Shown here one piece after another: positions 32,886 through 45,480 of a stretch of 64,000 nucleotides of DNA (the stretch's first letter is position 1; every line of letters begins with the position of its first letter). The notes under the pieces were generated by a model, which was not told the origin of the DNA, ran no database searches, and saw only the letters and a program-made list of their open reading frames with translations. Source of the DNA: Escherichia coli (lineage in GTDB: Bacteria; Pseudomonadota; Gammaproteobacteria; Enterobacterales; Enterobacteriaceae); the NCBI RefSeq assembly GCF_044324875.1, contig NZ_CP172185.1, one strand, 5' to 3'. The position numbers and the translations under genes were made by a program.

Positions 32886-33320
32886 TCACCCTTTGGCCTG
32901 TAACTCAATGATATTATGCTCAAGTTTTGCGATGAGCTTAATCAGTTGTTCCAGTTCCTCTGCGGAGATGCCATGTAAAATTTCCGCGCGGGTTTTGTTA
33001 ATAACAGCTTCCATTTCGCTGATCAGCGGCTCTGCCTTTTCCGTCAGTTTAATACGTTTAGCCCGACGATCGCTGGCACAAGTTTGACGCGAAATTAACC
33101 CTTTTTCTTCCAGTTGGTCCAGAGTACGGACCAGTGATGGCTGCTCGATGCCAATCGCTTTTGCCAGTTGAATTTGCGACTGGTCTGGAGGTAACTGATG
33201 GATATTGTGTAACGTAACCCAATGGGTTTGTGTTAACTCCAGCGGTTTCAGGCGATGGTCTATCAGAGCACGCCATATGCGCACCAACCGTGCCAGATCA
33301 GAACCTAGTGGCGATTCCAA
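32886..33320 (-). CDS. slyA: MarR-family transcriptional regulator SlyA
   Basis: Winged-helix MarR fold; start placed at the TTG used in the K-12 annotation (144 aa); an in-frame ATG lies two codons upstream at 33326. Confidence 0.85.
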
Positions 33321-33520
33321 TTTCATCTCCTTATAATTAGCTTGCTAAGATATTATGCGGCTTTTAGAATAGTGTGCAGCAATTGTATTGCTAAAACAAA
33401 TGTATTGCTGCATTTGGTTACCGTCAGACATATTTTTCAGAAATTGCGCGTAAATTTTTCGCACTTAAAGAATATTTATTAATCTAACGCAATATATTCG
33501 GTCGTAAAGGAATCTACTTT

Positions 33521-33757
33521 GTGAAGTTTATGCTCAATGCAACAGGATTGCCCTTACAAGATCTGGTGTTCGGTGCGTCCGTCTACTTTCCTCCGTTTTT
33601 CAAAGCCTTCGCGTTTGGATTCGTCATCTGGCTTGTCGTACACCGCCTGCTTCGTGGCTGGATCTACGCCGGTGACATCTGGCATCCCTTGTTAATGGAT
33701 TTATCGCTGTTTGCGATTTGCGTTTGCCTTGCCCTGGCAATACTGATTGCGTGGTAA
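33521..33757 (+). CDS. ydhI: Small inner membrane protein YdhI (DUF1656)
   Basis: 78 aa, two TM helices; precedes ydhJ. Confidence 0.8.
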
Positions 33758-33759
33758 CT

Positions 33760-34617
33760 ATGTCAATTAAAACAATTAAGTATTTCTCAACAATCATTGT
33801 AGCGGTAGTTGCGGTTCTTGCCGGATGGTGGCTGTGGAATTATTACATGCAATCTCCGTGGACACGCGACGGGAAAATACGCGCAGAACAGGTTTCTATC
33901 ACCCCTCAGGTGTCGGGACGTATTGTTGAGCTGAATATAAAAGACAACCAACTGGTTAACGCGGGGGATCTTCTGCTCACGATCGATAAAACGCCCTTTC
34001 AGATCGCCGAGCTGAACGCACAGGCTCAGCTGGCGAAAGCGCAATCTGACCTCGCAAAAGCCAATAACGAAGCGAATCGTCGTCGTCATCTCTCACAAAA
34101 TTTTATTTCTGCCGAAGAACTCGATACCGCTAACCTCAATGTTAAAGCGATGCAGGCCAGTGTTGATGCCGCACAGGCGACGCTGAAACAGGCACAATGG
34201 CAACTGGCGCAAACGGAAATTCGCGCCCCGGTGAGTGGATGGGTGACTAACCTCACTACCCGCATCGGCGATTACGCTGACACCGGGAAACCGCTGTTTG
34301 CCCTTGTCGACAGCCACTCGTTTTACGTCATTGGTTATTTTGAAGAAACCAAGTTGCGCCATATCCGCGAAGGTGCACCAGCACAAATTACCCTCTATAG
34401 TGATAACAAAACGTTACAGGGTCACGTTTCCAGTATCGGTCGGGCGATTTATGATCAGAGCGTTGAAAGTGACTCAAGCCTTATTCCGGATGTGAAACCT
34501 AACGTCCCCTGGGTTCGACTTGCCCAACGCGTTCCCGTCCGCTTTGCGCTGGATAAAGTCCCAGGCGATGTCACGCTGGTGTCGGGCACCACCTGTAGCA
34601 TTGCCGTAGGTCAATAA
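33760..34617 (+). CDS. ydhJ: HlyD-family membrane fusion protein YdhJ
   Basis: Start at internal ATG ([26 protein letters not shown]), 285 aa; coiled-coil periplasmic adaptor. Confidence 0.85.
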   Translation: MSIKTIKYFSTIIVAVVAVLAGWWLWNYYMQSPWTRDGKIRAEQVSITPQVSGRIVELNIKDNQLVNAGDLLLTIDKTPFQIAELNAQAQLAKAQSDLAKANNEANRRRHLSQNFISAEELDTANLNVKAMQASVDAAQATLKQAQWQLAQTEIRAPVSGWVTNLTTRIGDYADTGKPLFALVDSHSFYVIGYFEETKLRHIREGAPAQITLYSDNKTLQGHVSSIGRAIYDQSVESDSSLIPDVKPNVPWVRLAQRVPVRFALDKVPGDVTLVSGTTCSIAVGQ

Positions 34618-36629
34618 TGAACGCATCGTCATGGTCCTTGCGCAATTTGCCCTGGTTCAGGGCCACGCTGGCGCAATGGCGTTATGCGTTACGCAATACC
34701 ATTGCCATGTGTCTGGCGCTGACGGTTGCCTATTATTTAAATCTGGATGAACCCTATTGGGCGATGACCTCGGCTGCCGTGGTTAGCTTTCCCACCGTTG
34801 GCGGTGTCATCAGCAAAAGCCTCGGACGCATCGCTGGCAGTTTGCTCGGAGCCATTGCGGCACTGCTTCTTGCCGGACATACGCTCAATGAGCCGTGGTT
34901 TTTTCTTTTGAGCATGGCGGCGTGGCTTGGCTTTTGTACCTGGGCCTGTGCGCACTTCACGAATAATGTCGCGTATGCATTTCAACTGGCGGGCTACACG
35001 GCTGCCATCATCGCCTTTCCGATGGTTAATATTACTGAGGCCAGCCAGCTGTGGGATATCGCTCAGGCGCGCGTTTGCGAGGTGATTGTCGGTATTTTGT
35101 GCGGCGGCATGATGATGATGATCCTGCCGAGCAGTTCCGATGCTACTGCCCTTTTAACCGCATTGAAAAACATGCACGCCCGATTACTGGAACATGCCAG
35201 TTTACTCTGGCAGCCTGAAACAACCGATGCCATTCGTGCAGCACATGAGGGGGTGATTGGACAGATACTGACCATGAATTTGCTCCGTATCCAGGCTTTC
35301 TGGAGCCACTATCGTTTTCGCCAGCAAAACGCACGCCTTAATGCGCTGCTCCACCAGCAATTACGTATGACCAGTGTCATCTCCAGCCTGCGACGTATGT
35401 TGCTCAACTGGCCCTCACCGCCATGTGCCACACGAGAAATTCTCGAACAGCTGCTGACGGCGCTCGCCAGTTCGCAAACAGATGTTTACACCGTCGCACG
35501 TATTATCGCCCCGCTACGCCCGACCAACGTCGCCGACTACCGGCACGTCGCCTTCTGGCAGCGACTACGTTATTTTTGCCGCCTTTATCTGCAAAGTAGT
35601 CAGGAATTACATCGTCTGCAAAGCGGTGTGGATGATCATACCAGACTCCCACGGACATCCGGCCTGGCTCGTCATACCGATAACGCCGAAGCTATGTGGA
35701 GCGGACTGCGTACATTTTGTACGTTGATGATGATTGGCGCATGGAGTATTGCTTCGCAATGGGATGCCGGTGCCAATGCATTAACGCTGGCAGCAATTAG
35801 CTGCGTACTCTACTCCGCCGTCGCAGCACCGTTTAAGTCGTTGTCACTGCTGATGCGCACGCTGGTGTTACTTTCGCTATTCAGCTTTGTGGTCAAATTT
35901 GGCCTGATGGTCCAGATTAGCGATCTGTGGCAATTTTTACTGTTTCTCTTTCCACTGCTGGCGACGATGCAGCTTCTTAAATTGCAGATGCCCAAATTTG
36001 CCGCACTGTGGGGGCAACTGATTGTTTTTATGGGTTCGTTTATCGCTGTCACTAATCCCCCGGTGTATGATTTTGCTGATTTTCTTAACGATAATTTGGC
36101 AAAAATCGTTGGCGTCGCGTTGGCGTGGTTAGCGTTCGCCATTTTGCGTCCAGGGTCGGATGCTCGTAAAAGCCGTCGTCATATTCGCGCGCTGCGCCGG
36201 GATTTTGTCGATCAACTAAGCCGCCATCCAACACTGAGTGAAAGCGAATTTGAATCGCTCACTTATCATCACGTCAGTCAGTTGAGTAACAGCCAGGATG
36301 CGCTGGCTCGCCGTTGGTTATTACGCTGGGGTGTAGTGCTGCTGAACTGTTCTCATGTTGTCTGGCAATTACGCGACTGGGAATCGCGTTCCGATCCGTT
36401 ATCGCGAGTACGGGATAACTGTATTTCACTGTTGCGGGGAGTGATGAGTGAGCGTGGCGTTCAGCAAAAATCACTGGCGACCACACTTGAAGAATTACAG
36501 CGGATTTGTGACAGCCTTGCCCGTCATCATCAACCTGCTGCCCGTGAGCTGGCGGCAATTGTCTGGCGGCTGTACTGCTCGCTTTCGCAACTTGAGCAAG
36601 CACCGCCACAAGGTACGCTGGCCTCTTAA
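34617..36629 (+). CDS. ydhK: FUSC-family (aromatic acid exporter-like) inner membrane protein YdhK
   Basis: 670 aa with two hydrophobic blocks; start overlaps ydhJ stop. Confidence 0.85.
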   Translation: MNASSWSLRNLPWFRATLAQWRYALRNTIAMCLALTVAYYLNLDEPYWAMTSAAVVSFPTVGGVISKSLGRIAGSLLGAIAALLLAGHTLNEPWFFLLSMAAWLGFCTWACAHFTNNVAYAFQLAGYTAAIIAFPMVNITEASQLWDIAQARVCEVIVGILCGGMMMMILPSSSDATALLTALKNMHARLLEHASLLWQPETTDAIRAAHEGVIGQILTMNLLRIQAFWSHYRFRQQNARLNALLHQQLRMTSVISSLRRMLLNWPSPPCATREILEQLLTALASSQTDVYTVARIIAPLRPTNVADYRHVAFWQRLRYFCRLYLQSSQELHRLQSGVDDHTRLPRTSGLARHTDNAEAMWSGLRTFCTLMMIGAWSIASQWDAGANALTLAAISCVLYSAVAAPFKSLSLLMRTLVLLSLFSFVVKFGLMVQISDLWQFLLFLFPLLATMQLLKLQMPKFAALWGQLIVFMGSFIAVTNPPVYDFADFLNDNLAKIVGVALAWLAFAILRPGSDARKSRRHIRALRRDFVDQLSRHPTLSESEFESLTYHHVSQLSNSQDALARRWLLRWGVVLLNCSHVVWQLRDWESRSDPLSRVRDNCISLLRGVMSERGVQQKSLATTLEELQRICDSLARHHQPAARELAAIVWRLYCSLSQLEQAPPQGTLAS

Positions 36630-37151
36630 TTACTTAATTACACCACAGGCATAGCGTTCACCGCCACCGCCCAGCGGTTTAGGTTGATCGGACATATTAT
36701 CGCCGCCAACGTGGACCATCAGTGCTTTGTCTTTGACTTCATCCAGTGATTTCAGACGAGGTGCGATGACGGCATCGGTAGCTTTGCCGTCATTATTGAC
36801 GACCAGTGCAGGCAGATCGCCTAAATGCCCGGCACCTTCTGGCCCTTCATGTTTACCGGTATTTTGTGGATCAAGATGCCCGCCTGCGGATTCCGCGGCG
36901 CTGGCTTTGCCATCTTTGGTGGCTGGCTGGCAGCTTCCTTTGGCATGAATATGGAAGCCATGTTCACCGGGGGGTAATGCTTTCAGATCGGGCGAAAACT
37001 CCAGACCTTTATCGGTTTCAGTAATGGTGACGCTACCAATTGACTGCCCAACCCCTTGCGACGTGACGAGGTTCATCTCGACTTTTTCACTGGCAGCTTG
37101 TGCGCCGGTCGCAACAACCAGCGCCAGAATGGCCAGACTAAAACGTTTCAT
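36630..37151 (-). CDS. sodC: Periplasmic Cu,Zn superoxide dismutase
   Basis: Start at internal ATG (MKRFSLAILALVVATGAQA signal peptide), 173 aa; Cu/Zn-binding His cluster. Confidence 0.9.
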   Translation of the reverse strand: MKRFSLAILALVVATGAQAASEKVEMNLVTSQGVGQSIGSVTITETDKGLEFSPDLKALPPGEHGFHIHAKGSCQPATKDGKASAAESAGGHLDPQNTGKHEGPEGAGHLGDLPALVVNNDGKATDAVIAPRLKSLDEVKDKALMVHVGGDNMSDQPKPLGGGGERYACGVIK

Positions 37152-37231
37152 AGGACCTCCGTTCATTGTGCATTCCTGAATAAGTGTAAACCAGTGACAC
37201 ATTTTTGAACGGCGGCTATTCCTAAAAGTGC

Positions 37232-38128
37232 TTACGGTACGTCGTAACCCAGTGCCGCTTTACGGATACGGAACCATTGTTGACGGGTCATTTTCAGTGT
37301 TTCTGCTTCGACAGCTGCCCGTACGCGCTCAATTTTACCTGAGCCGATAATTGGCAGCGGCTGCGACGGTAAACGTAATACCCAGGCGTAAACCACCTGT
37401 TCAATCGAGCCCGCGTTTAACTCCTCCGCCACCACAGCCAGTTCATCACGCAGCGGCTGGAAATAATCATCATTAAACAGACGACCACCACCAAGGCAGG
37501 ACCACGCCATCGGACGAACACGCAGTTGTTGCAGTTGGTCGAGCGTGCCATCCAGCAGTAACGGCTGATGCACCGGGGATATTTCCACCTGATTAGTGGC
37601 AAGGGTAAACGGCAGACGTGATTGCAACAGGGCAAATTGCGCAGGCGTAAAGTTCGATACGCCAAAATGGCGCACTTTGCCGCTCTGATGCAGATGTTTA
37701 AACGCGTCCGCCACTTCATCGGCATCCATTAACGGGTCTGGTCGGTGGATTAACAGCAGATCCAGATGATCGGTCGCGAGATTAATTAGCGACTGTTCGG
37801 CGCTCTTAATGATGTGATCGCGGTCAGTGATGTAATGACCAATGACGTTTTCTTCACGCGCGGTCGTCGCGATACCGCATTTACTGACGATTTCCATCCG
37901 TTCACGCAGATGAGGTGCAAGTTTCAGCGCCTCGCCAAACGCCGCTTCGCACTGATAGCCACCATAAATATCAGCATGGTCCACGGTGGTCACGCCGAGA
38001 TCCAGATGCTCTTCAATAAAACTGACCAGCTGGCGGGCGGACATATTCCAGTCCATCAATCGCCAGTAGCCCATCACAAAACGGGAAAACTCCGGGCCTT
38101 GCGGCGCAATAGTAATACGCTGAACCAT
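37232..38128 (-). CDS. ydhF: Aldo-keto reductase family oxidoreductase YdhF
   Basis: 298-aa AKR-fold ORF. Confidence 0.85.
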   Translation of the reverse strand: MVQRITIAPQGPEFSRFVMGYWRLMDWNMSARQLVSFIEEHLDLGVTTVDHADIYGGYQCEAAFGEALKLAPHLRERMEIVSKCGIATTAREENVIGHYITDRDHIIKSAEQSLINLATDHLDLLLIHRPDPLMDADEVADAFKHLHQSGKVRHFGVSNFTPAQFALLQSRLPFTLATNQVEISPVHQPLLLDGTLDQLQQLRVRPMAWSCLGGGRLFNDDYFQPLRDELAVVAEELNAGSIEQVVYAWVLRLPSQPLPIIGSGKIERVRAAVEAETLKMTRQQWFRIRKAALGYDVP

Positions 38129-38176
38129 AATCGCTTCCTCTTATCAGATATGAGAGGAGTATACGCAAGATTAGAC

Positions 38177-38416
38177 TCAAAAGAGTGATGGTTGCTCCGG
38201 TTCGTCTGATGACGCTGGCTTATTTGCGCGTAATTTGCGCATTAATCGCTGCCGACAAAGGCGCAGCACCTCTTGTTTTTCGCCATCGCTCATTTTATTC
38301 CAGTTAAAACGCTCATCCCGACTACGAAAACAGCCGCGACAAAACCCGCGTTCGTCAGACTGGCAAATTCCCCGGCACGGGCTCTGTACGGGAAAGAACT
38401 CTAATTGCTCCGCCAC
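38177..38416 (-). CDS. ydhL: DUF1289 family protein YdhL
   Basis: 79 aa with CxxxC...CxGC cysteine motif. Confidence 0.8.
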   Translation of the reverse strand: MAEQLEFFPVQSPCRGICQSDERGFCRGCFRSRDERFNWNKMSDGEKQEVLRLCRQRLMRKLRANKPASSDEPEQPSLF

Positions 38417-38489
38417 TTCGCCCTCCTCAAAATAAGATTATTACCATTATTGAAGCTGTTAATGCCCAAAGTAGCAACTTTGCTTGCAC

Positions 38490-38505
38490 TAGACCGACTG
38501 GTCTA
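38490..38505 (+). promoter_or_regulatory. Putative NemR operator (palindrome)
   Basis: TAGACC-N4-GGTCTA inverted repeat immediately upstream of nemR; this palindrome is the half-site arrangement I recall for the NemR box. Confidence 0.4.
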
Positions 38506-38519
38506 CTACACTCCAACGC

Positions 38520-39119
38520 ATGAACAAACACACCGAACATGATACTCGCGAACATCTCCTGGCAACGGGCGAGCAACTTTGCCTGCAACGTGGATTCACC
38601 GGGATGGGGCTAAGCGAATTACTAAAAACCGCTGAAGTGCCGAAAGGGTCCTTCTATCACTACTTTCGCTCTAAAGAAGCGTTTGGCGTTGCCATGCTTG
38701 AGCGCCATTACGCCGCATATCACCAGCGACTGACTGAGTTGCTGCAATCCGGCGAAGGTAACTACCGCGACCGCATACTGGCTTATTACCAGCAAACACT
38801 GAACCAGTTTTGCCAACATGGAACCATCAGTGGTTGCCTGACAGTAAAACTCTCTGCCGAAGTGTGCGATCTGTCAGAAGATATGCGTAGCGCGATGGAT
38901 AAAGGCGCTCGCGGCGTGATCGTTCTGCTCTCGCAGGCGCTGGAAAATGGCCGTGATAGCCATTGTTTAACCTTTTGTGGCGAACCGCTGCAACAGGCAC
39001 AAGTGCTTTACGCACTATGGCTGGGTGCGAATCTGCAGGCCAAAATTTCGCGCAATTCCGAGCCACTGGAAAACGCGCTGGCACATGTAAAAACCATTAT
39101 TGCGACGCCTGCCGTTTAG
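38520..39119 (+). CDS. nemR: TetR-family electrophile-sensing repressor NemR
   Basis: 199 aa with N-terminal TetR HTH; first gene of nemRA-gloA. Confidence 0.9.
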   Translation: MNKHTEHDTREHLLATGEQLCLQRGFTGMGLSELLKTAEVPKGSFYHYFRSKEAFGVAMLERHYAAYHQRLTELLQSGEGNYRDRILAYYQQTLNQFCQHGTISGCLTVKLSAEVCDLSEDMRSAMDKGARGVIVLLSQALENGRDSHCLTFCGEPLQQAQVLYALWLGANLQAKISRNSEPLENALAHVKTIIATPAV

Positions 39120-39155
39120 CAGGCATTTTTTATCACCAGACGACCGGGAGCCTTT

Positions 39156-40253
39156 ATGTCATCTGAAAAACTGTATTCCCCACTGAAAGTGGGCGCGATC
39201 ACGGCGGCAAACCGTATTTTTATGGCACCGCTGACGCGTCTGCGCAGTATTGAACCGGGTGACATCCCTACCCCGTTGATGGCGGAATACTATCGCCAAC
39301 GTGCCAGTGCCGGTTTGATTATTAGCGAAGCCACGCAAATTTCTGCCCAGGCAAAAGGGTATGCTGGTGCACCTGGCATCCATAGTCCGGAACAAATTGC
39401 CGCATGGAAAAAAATTACCGCTGGCGTTCATGCTGAAAATGGTCATATGGCCGTACAGCTGTGGCACACCGGACGCATTTCTCACGCCAGCCTGCAACCT
39501 GGCGGTCAGGCACCGGTAGCGCCTTCCGCACTTAGCGCGGGAACACGTACTTCTCTGCGCGATGAAAATGGTCAGGCGATCCGTGTTGAAACATCCATGC
39601 CGCGTGCGCTTGAACTGGAAGAGATTCCGGGTATCGTCAATGATTTCCGTCAGGCCATTGCTAACGCGCGTGAAGCCGGTTTTGATCTGGTAGAGCTCCA
39701 CTCTGCTCATGGTTATTTGCTGCATCAGTTCCTTTCTCCTTCTTCAAACCATCGTACCGATCAGTACGGCGGCAGCGTGGAAAATCGCGCACGTCTGGTG
39801 CTGGAAGTGGTCGATGCAGGGATTGAAGAATGGGGGGCCGATCGCATTGGCATTCGCGTTTCGCCAATCGGTACTTTCCAGAACACGGATAACGGCCCGA
39901 ATGAAGAAGCCGATGCACTGTATCTGATTGAACAACTGGGTAAACGCGGCATTGCTTATCTGCATATGTCAGAACCAGATTGGGCGGGAGGTGAACCGTA
40001 TACTGATGCGTTCCGCGAAAAAGTACGCGCCCGTTTCCACGGTCCGATTATCGGCGCAGGTGCATACACGGTAGAAAAAGCCGAAACGCTGATTGGCAAA
40101 GGGTTAATTGATGCGGTGGCATTTGGTCGTGACTGGATTGCGAACCCGGATCTGGTCGCCCGCTTGCAGCGCAAAGCTGAGCTTAACCCACAGCGTGCCG
40201 AAAGTTTTTACGGTGGCGGCGCGGAAGGCTACACTGATTACCCGACGCTATAA
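39156..40253 (+). CDS. nemA: N-ethylmaleimide reductase (Old Yellow Enzyme family)
   Basis: 365-aa OYE-type flavoprotein. Confidence 0.9.
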
Positions 40254-40333
40254 TCCAACATTGCGAGCGGCGCAAAGCCGCCGCTATACTAAAACAACAT
40301 TTTGAATCTGTTAGCCATTTTGAGGATATAAAG

Positions 40334-40741
40334 ATGCGTCTTCTTCATACCATGCTGCGCGTTGGCGATCTGCAACGCTCCATCGATTTTTATACCAAAG
40401 TACTGGGCATGAAACTGCTGCGTACCAGCGAAAACCCGGAATACAAATACTCACTGGCGTTTGTTGGCTACGGCCCGGAAACCGAAGAAGCGGTGATTGA
40501 ACTGACCTACAACTGGGGCGTGGATAAATACGAACTCGGCACTGCTTATGGTCACATCGCGCTTAGCGTTGATAACGCCGCTGAAGCGTGCGAAAAAATC
40601 CGTCAAAACGGGGGTAACGTCACCCGTGAAGCGGGTCCGGTAAAAGGCGGTACTACGGTTATCGCGTTTGTGGAAGATCCGGACGGTTACAAAATTGAGT
40701 TAATCGAAGAGAAAGACGCCGGTCGCGGTCTGGGCAACTAA
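40334..40741 (+). CDS. gloA: Glyoxalase I (lactoylglutathione lyase)
   Basis: 135 aa ([26 protein letters not shown]...). Confidence 0.95.
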
Positions 40742-40843
40742 TCTCCTGCCGGGCGTGAACTCATCGCGCCCGCATCTTTACTGCATCGACAAGTAATATT
40801 TGTCATAATGCGCGCTGCAATTTATCCGTATTAAGAGAATCAG

Positions 40844-41491
40844 ATGTCCGATAACGCTCAACTTACCGGTCTGTGCGACCGTTTTCGTGGTTTTTATCCT
40901 GTTGTGATCGATGTTGAAACAGCCGGATTTAACGCCAAAACCGATGCGCTGCTTGAGATTGCCGCCATCACCCTGAAAATGGATGAACAAGGCTGGCTGA
41001 TGCCGGACACCACATTACATTTCCACGTCGAACCATTTGTCGGCGCAAATTTGCAGCCAGAGGCCCTCGCCTTCAACGGCATTGACCCGAACGATCCCGA
41101 TCGCGGCGCGGTCAGCGAATACGAGGCGCTGCACGAAATTTTTAAAGCTGTACGTAAAGGCATTAAAGCGAGCGGCTGTAACCGCGCCATTATAGTGGCG
41201 CACAACGCCAATTTCGATCACAGCTTTATGATGGCCGCCGCAGAACGCGCCTCACTGAAACGTAACCCGTTCCACCCTTTCGCCACTTTTGACACTGCTG
41301 CACTTGCCGGGCTGGCACTCGGACAAACCGTATTGTCAAAGGCTTGCCAGACCGCTGGCATGGACTTCGACAGCACCCAGGCGCACTCCGCGCTGTACGA
41401 CACCGAACGCACTGCTGTGCTGTTTTGTGAAATCGTCAACCGCTGGAAACGTCTGGGAGGCTGGCCGCTACCTGCCGCCGAAGAGGTGTAA
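40844..41491 (+). CDS. rnt: Ribonuclease T
   Basis: 215-aa DEDDh exonuclease ([10 protein letters not shown]). Confidence 0.95.
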   Translation: MSDNAQLTGLCDRFRGFYPVVIDVETAGFNAKTDALLEIAAITLKMDEQGWLMPDTTLHFHVEPFVGANLQPEALAFNGIDPNDPDRGAVSEYEALHEIFKAVRKGIKASGCNRAIIVAHNANFDHSFMMAAAERASLKRNPFHPFATFDTAALAGLALGQTVLSKACQTAGMDFDSTQAHSALYDTERTAVLFCEIVNRWKRLGGWPLPAAEEV

Positions 41492-41583
41492 TCGAGTCGA
41501 TGCCTGATGACATGCAATGATTCAGGCATCTATAGTGAGGCTATTCCACGCATCATGCATGATATTCACGGGGAATAGCGTTA

Positions 41584-44500
41584 ATGGCAGATAATCCAAA
41601 CCTTTCATCGCCCCTGCCGGACGTGTTTTCACCGGCAACCCGCGACTGGTTTCTTCGCGCCTTTAAACAGCCGACCGCTGTCCAGTCGCAAACCTGGCAT
41701 GTGGCGGCGCGAGGCGAACATGCGCTGGTGATTGCACCGACTGGCTCCGGGAAAACGCTGGCAGCATTTCTCTACGCCCTCGATCAGCTCTTCCGCGAAG
41801 GCGGCGAAGATACCCGCGAGGCGCATAAACGTAAAACCTCACGCATCCTCTATATTTCACCGATCAAAGCTCTGGGCACCGACGTTCAGCGCAACTTGCA
41901 GATCCCGTTACAGGGTATTGCCGATGAACGGCGGCGGCGCGGCGAAACGGAAGTCAATCTTCGCGTGGGGATCCGTACTGGCGATACGCCTGCACAGGAA
42001 CGCAGCAAACTCACCCGTAATCCGCCGGATATTCTGATCACCACACCCGAATCACTCTATCTGATGCTGACCTCCCGCGCGCGCGAAACGCTACGCGGCG
42101 TCGAAACGGTAATTATTGATGAAGTCCACGCGGTAGCGGGCAGTAAACGTGGTGCGCATCTGGCGTTAAGTCTGGAGCGGCTCGATGCGCTGCTCCACAC
42201 CTCAGCACAGCGAATTGGCCTTTCTGCCACTGTACGCTCAGCCAGCGATGTTGCAGCATTTCTTGGTGGCGATCGCCCGGTTACGGTAGTAAACCCGCCC
42301 GCAATGCGCCATCCGCAGATACGGATTGTCGTACCGGTCGCCAATATGGATGATGTCTCATCGGTCGCCAGCGGCACCGGCGAAGACAGCCATGCCGGCC
42401 GAGAAGGCTCCATCTGGCCATATATTGAAACGGGTATCCTTGATGAAGTTTTGCGCCATCGCTCGACCATTGTCTTTACTAATTCACGCGGGCTGGCGGA
42501 AAAACTGACGGCACGATTGAATGAACTTTACGCCGCACGCTTACAGCGTTCCCCGTCTATCGCCGTTGATGCGGTCCATTTCGAGTCGACCTCCGGCGCA
42601 ACCTCTAACCGTGTACAAAATAGCGACATTTTTATTGCCCGCTCACACCACGGCTCCGTCTCTAAAGAACAACGAGCAATCACCGAACAGGCGCTGAAAT
42701 CGGGTGAATTACGCTGCGTGGTCGCAACCTCCAGTCTCGAACTGGGGATTGATATGGGCGCGGTGGATCTGGTGATTCAGGTGGCAACGCCGCTTTCTGT
42801 TGCCAGTGGGTTACAACGCATTGGACGTGCCGGACACCAGGTAGGTGGTATCTCCAAAGGGCTTTTTTTCCCCCGAACCAGGCGTGACTTAGTCGATTCC
42901 GCAGTCATTGTAGAGTGTATGTTCGCAGGCAGGCTGGAAAACCTGACACCGCCGCATAATCCACTCGACGTCCTTGCGCAGCAAACCGTTGCCGCCGCGG
43001 CGATGGATGCATTACAGGTAGACGAATGGTAATCCCGCGTACGCCGTGCCGCACCGTGGAAAGATCTGCCAAGACGTGTTTTTGACGCCACGCTGGATAT
43101 GCTTTCCGGGCGCTATCCCTCTGGCGATTTTTCTGCTTTTCGCCCCAAACTGGTCTGGAACCGGGAGACCGGGATATTGACCGCCCGACCTGGCGCTCAA
43201 TTGTTGGCGGTTACCAGCGGCGGCACCATTCCGGATCGTGGCATGTATAGCGTGTTATTACCCGAAGGTGAAGAACAGGCCGGTTCGCGGCGGGTGGGTG
43301 AACTGGATGAGGAGATGGTATATGAGTCGCGGGTGAACGACATTATCACTCTCGGCGCTACCTCATGGCGGATCCAGCAAATCACCCGCGATCAGGTGAT
43401 TGTGACTCCTGCTCCAGGTCGTTCTGCCCGCCTTCCCTTCTGGCGTGGTGAAGGTAACGGACGTCCGGCAGAATTAGGCGAGATGATCGGCGATTTTCTC
43501 CATTTACTGGCGGATGGCGCGTTCTTTTCCGGGACTATTCCCCCGTGGTTGGCAGAAGAAAATACGATCGCCAATATTCAGGGGTTGATTGACGAGCAGC
43601 GCAACGCGACGGGCATCGTTCCAGGTAGTCGTCATCTGGTCCTCGAACGGTGCCGTGATGAAATTGGTGACTGGCGTATTATTTTGCACTCTCCCTATGG
43701 AAGACGGGTGCATGAACCCTGGGCGCTGGCGATTGCCGGGCGAATACATGCACTATGGGGCGCTGACGCGTCTGTGGTTGCCAGTGATGACGGCATTGTT
43801 GCGCGCATTCCTGACACCGATGGTAAATTGCCTGATGCCGCGATTTTTTTGTTTGAACCAGAAAAGTTGCTGCAAATTGTCCGCGAGGCGGTAGGCAGCT
43901 CGGCACTTTTCGCCGCCCGTTTTCGCGAATGCTCCGCGCGGGCATTATTAATGCCGGGCCGCACGCCGGGCCATCGCACCCCGCTCTGGCAACAACGGCT
44001 GCGCGCCAGTCAGTTGCTGGAAATCGCTCAGGGATATCCGGATTTTCCGGTCATTCTCGAAACACTACGCGAATGTCTGCAAGATGTTTATGATCTTCCC
44101 GCGCTGGAACGTTTGATGCGTCGCCTGAACGGTGGCGAAATTCAAATATCCGATGTAACGACCACTACGCCTTCGCCTTTCGCCGCCAGTTTATTGTTCG
44201 GCTATGTCGCGGAATTTATGTACCAGAGCGACGCCCCGCTGGCAGAGCGCCGGGCATCCGTACTGTCGCTGGACAGCGAGTTACTGCGCAATCTACTCGG
44301 ACAGGTCGATCCGGGGGAATTACTCGACCCGCAGGTCATTCGCCAGGTGGAAGAAGAGTTGCAACGACTGGCTCCTGGCAGAAGAGCGAAAGGTGAAGAA
44401 GGATTGTTCGACCTGCTGCGCGAACTGGGGCCAATGACCGTTGAAGACCTGGCGCAACGACATACAGGCAGCAGTGAAGAGATTGCGTCGTATCTGGAAA

Positions 44501-45297
44501 ATCTTCTTGCAGTAAAACGAATCTTCCCGACCATGATTAGCGGGCAGGAGCGTCTTGCCTGTATGGATGATGCCGCCAGGCTGCGCGATGCTCTCGGCGT
44601 ACGACTACCAGAGTCACTGCCAGAGATTTATTTGCACCGAGTCAGTTACCCGCTTCGCGACCTCTTTCTGCGCTATCTCCGGGCTCATGCTCTGGTCACG
44701 TCTGAACAACTGGCTCATGAGTTTAGTCTCGGTACTGCCATTGTCGAAGAGCAACTTCAGCAACTGCGCGAACAGGGGCTGGTGATGAATCTGCAACAAG
44801 ACATCTGGGTGAGCGATGAAGTATTTCGTCGTCTGCGTTTGCGCTCGCTGCAAGCCGCCAGAGAAGCGACACGTCCCGTTGCGGCCACGACCTATGCGCG
44901 ATTGCTGCTGGAACGTCAGGGCGTATTACCCGCCACCGATGGTAGCCCGGCACTCTTTGCCTCAACATCGCCAGGCGTTTATGAGGGCGTGGATGGCGTG
45001 ATGCGGGTGATCGAACAGCTTGCTGGCGTTGGTTTACCCGCCTCACTCTGGGAAAGCCAGATCCTGCCTGCCCGCGTACGCGACTATTCGCCAGAAATGC
45101 TCGATGAATTACTGGCAACCGGTGCGGTTATCTGGTCGGGGCAAAAAAAGCTGGGTGAAGATGACGGTCTGGTGGCACTGCATCTACAGGAATATGCCGC
45201 AGAATCGTTCACTCCCGCCGAAGCAGATCAGGCGAATCGTTCGGCGCTGCAGCAAGCGATAATCGCTGTTCTGGCTGACGGAGGTGATCAGACATGA
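41584..45297 (+). pseudogene. lhr: ATP-dependent helicase Lhr, inactivated by an in-frame TAA at 43030-43032 and a 3' truncation at the prophage junction
   Basis: ORFs 41584..43032 and 43099..45297 are in the same frame and separated only by TAA; helicase motifs GSGKT and DEVH lie in the first part. The combined length is about 1237 codons against about 1538 expected. Confidence 0.8.
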
Positions 45298-45480
45298 GAT
45301 AAATGAAGGGGGATCCGTGAGATAAATAACGAATTGGAGTGGGTTAACATGGGTTCTGGTGAACAGAACTGAAATTCTTTTCCGCTATACGATAGATAAG
45401 TCGGGCATTGAAATCATCCTTCCTGGCAACTTAGAATCGAGTTTGCTGAAACATGACCCGCAACAAAAAGGATGATTCCA

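Noticed and set aside
43099-45297. 732-aa ORF starting MLSGRYPSG as an independent gene
   Set aside because: It is in frame with, and contiguous to, the upstream lhr ORF across a single TAA; it is the downstream part of lhr, not a separate gene.
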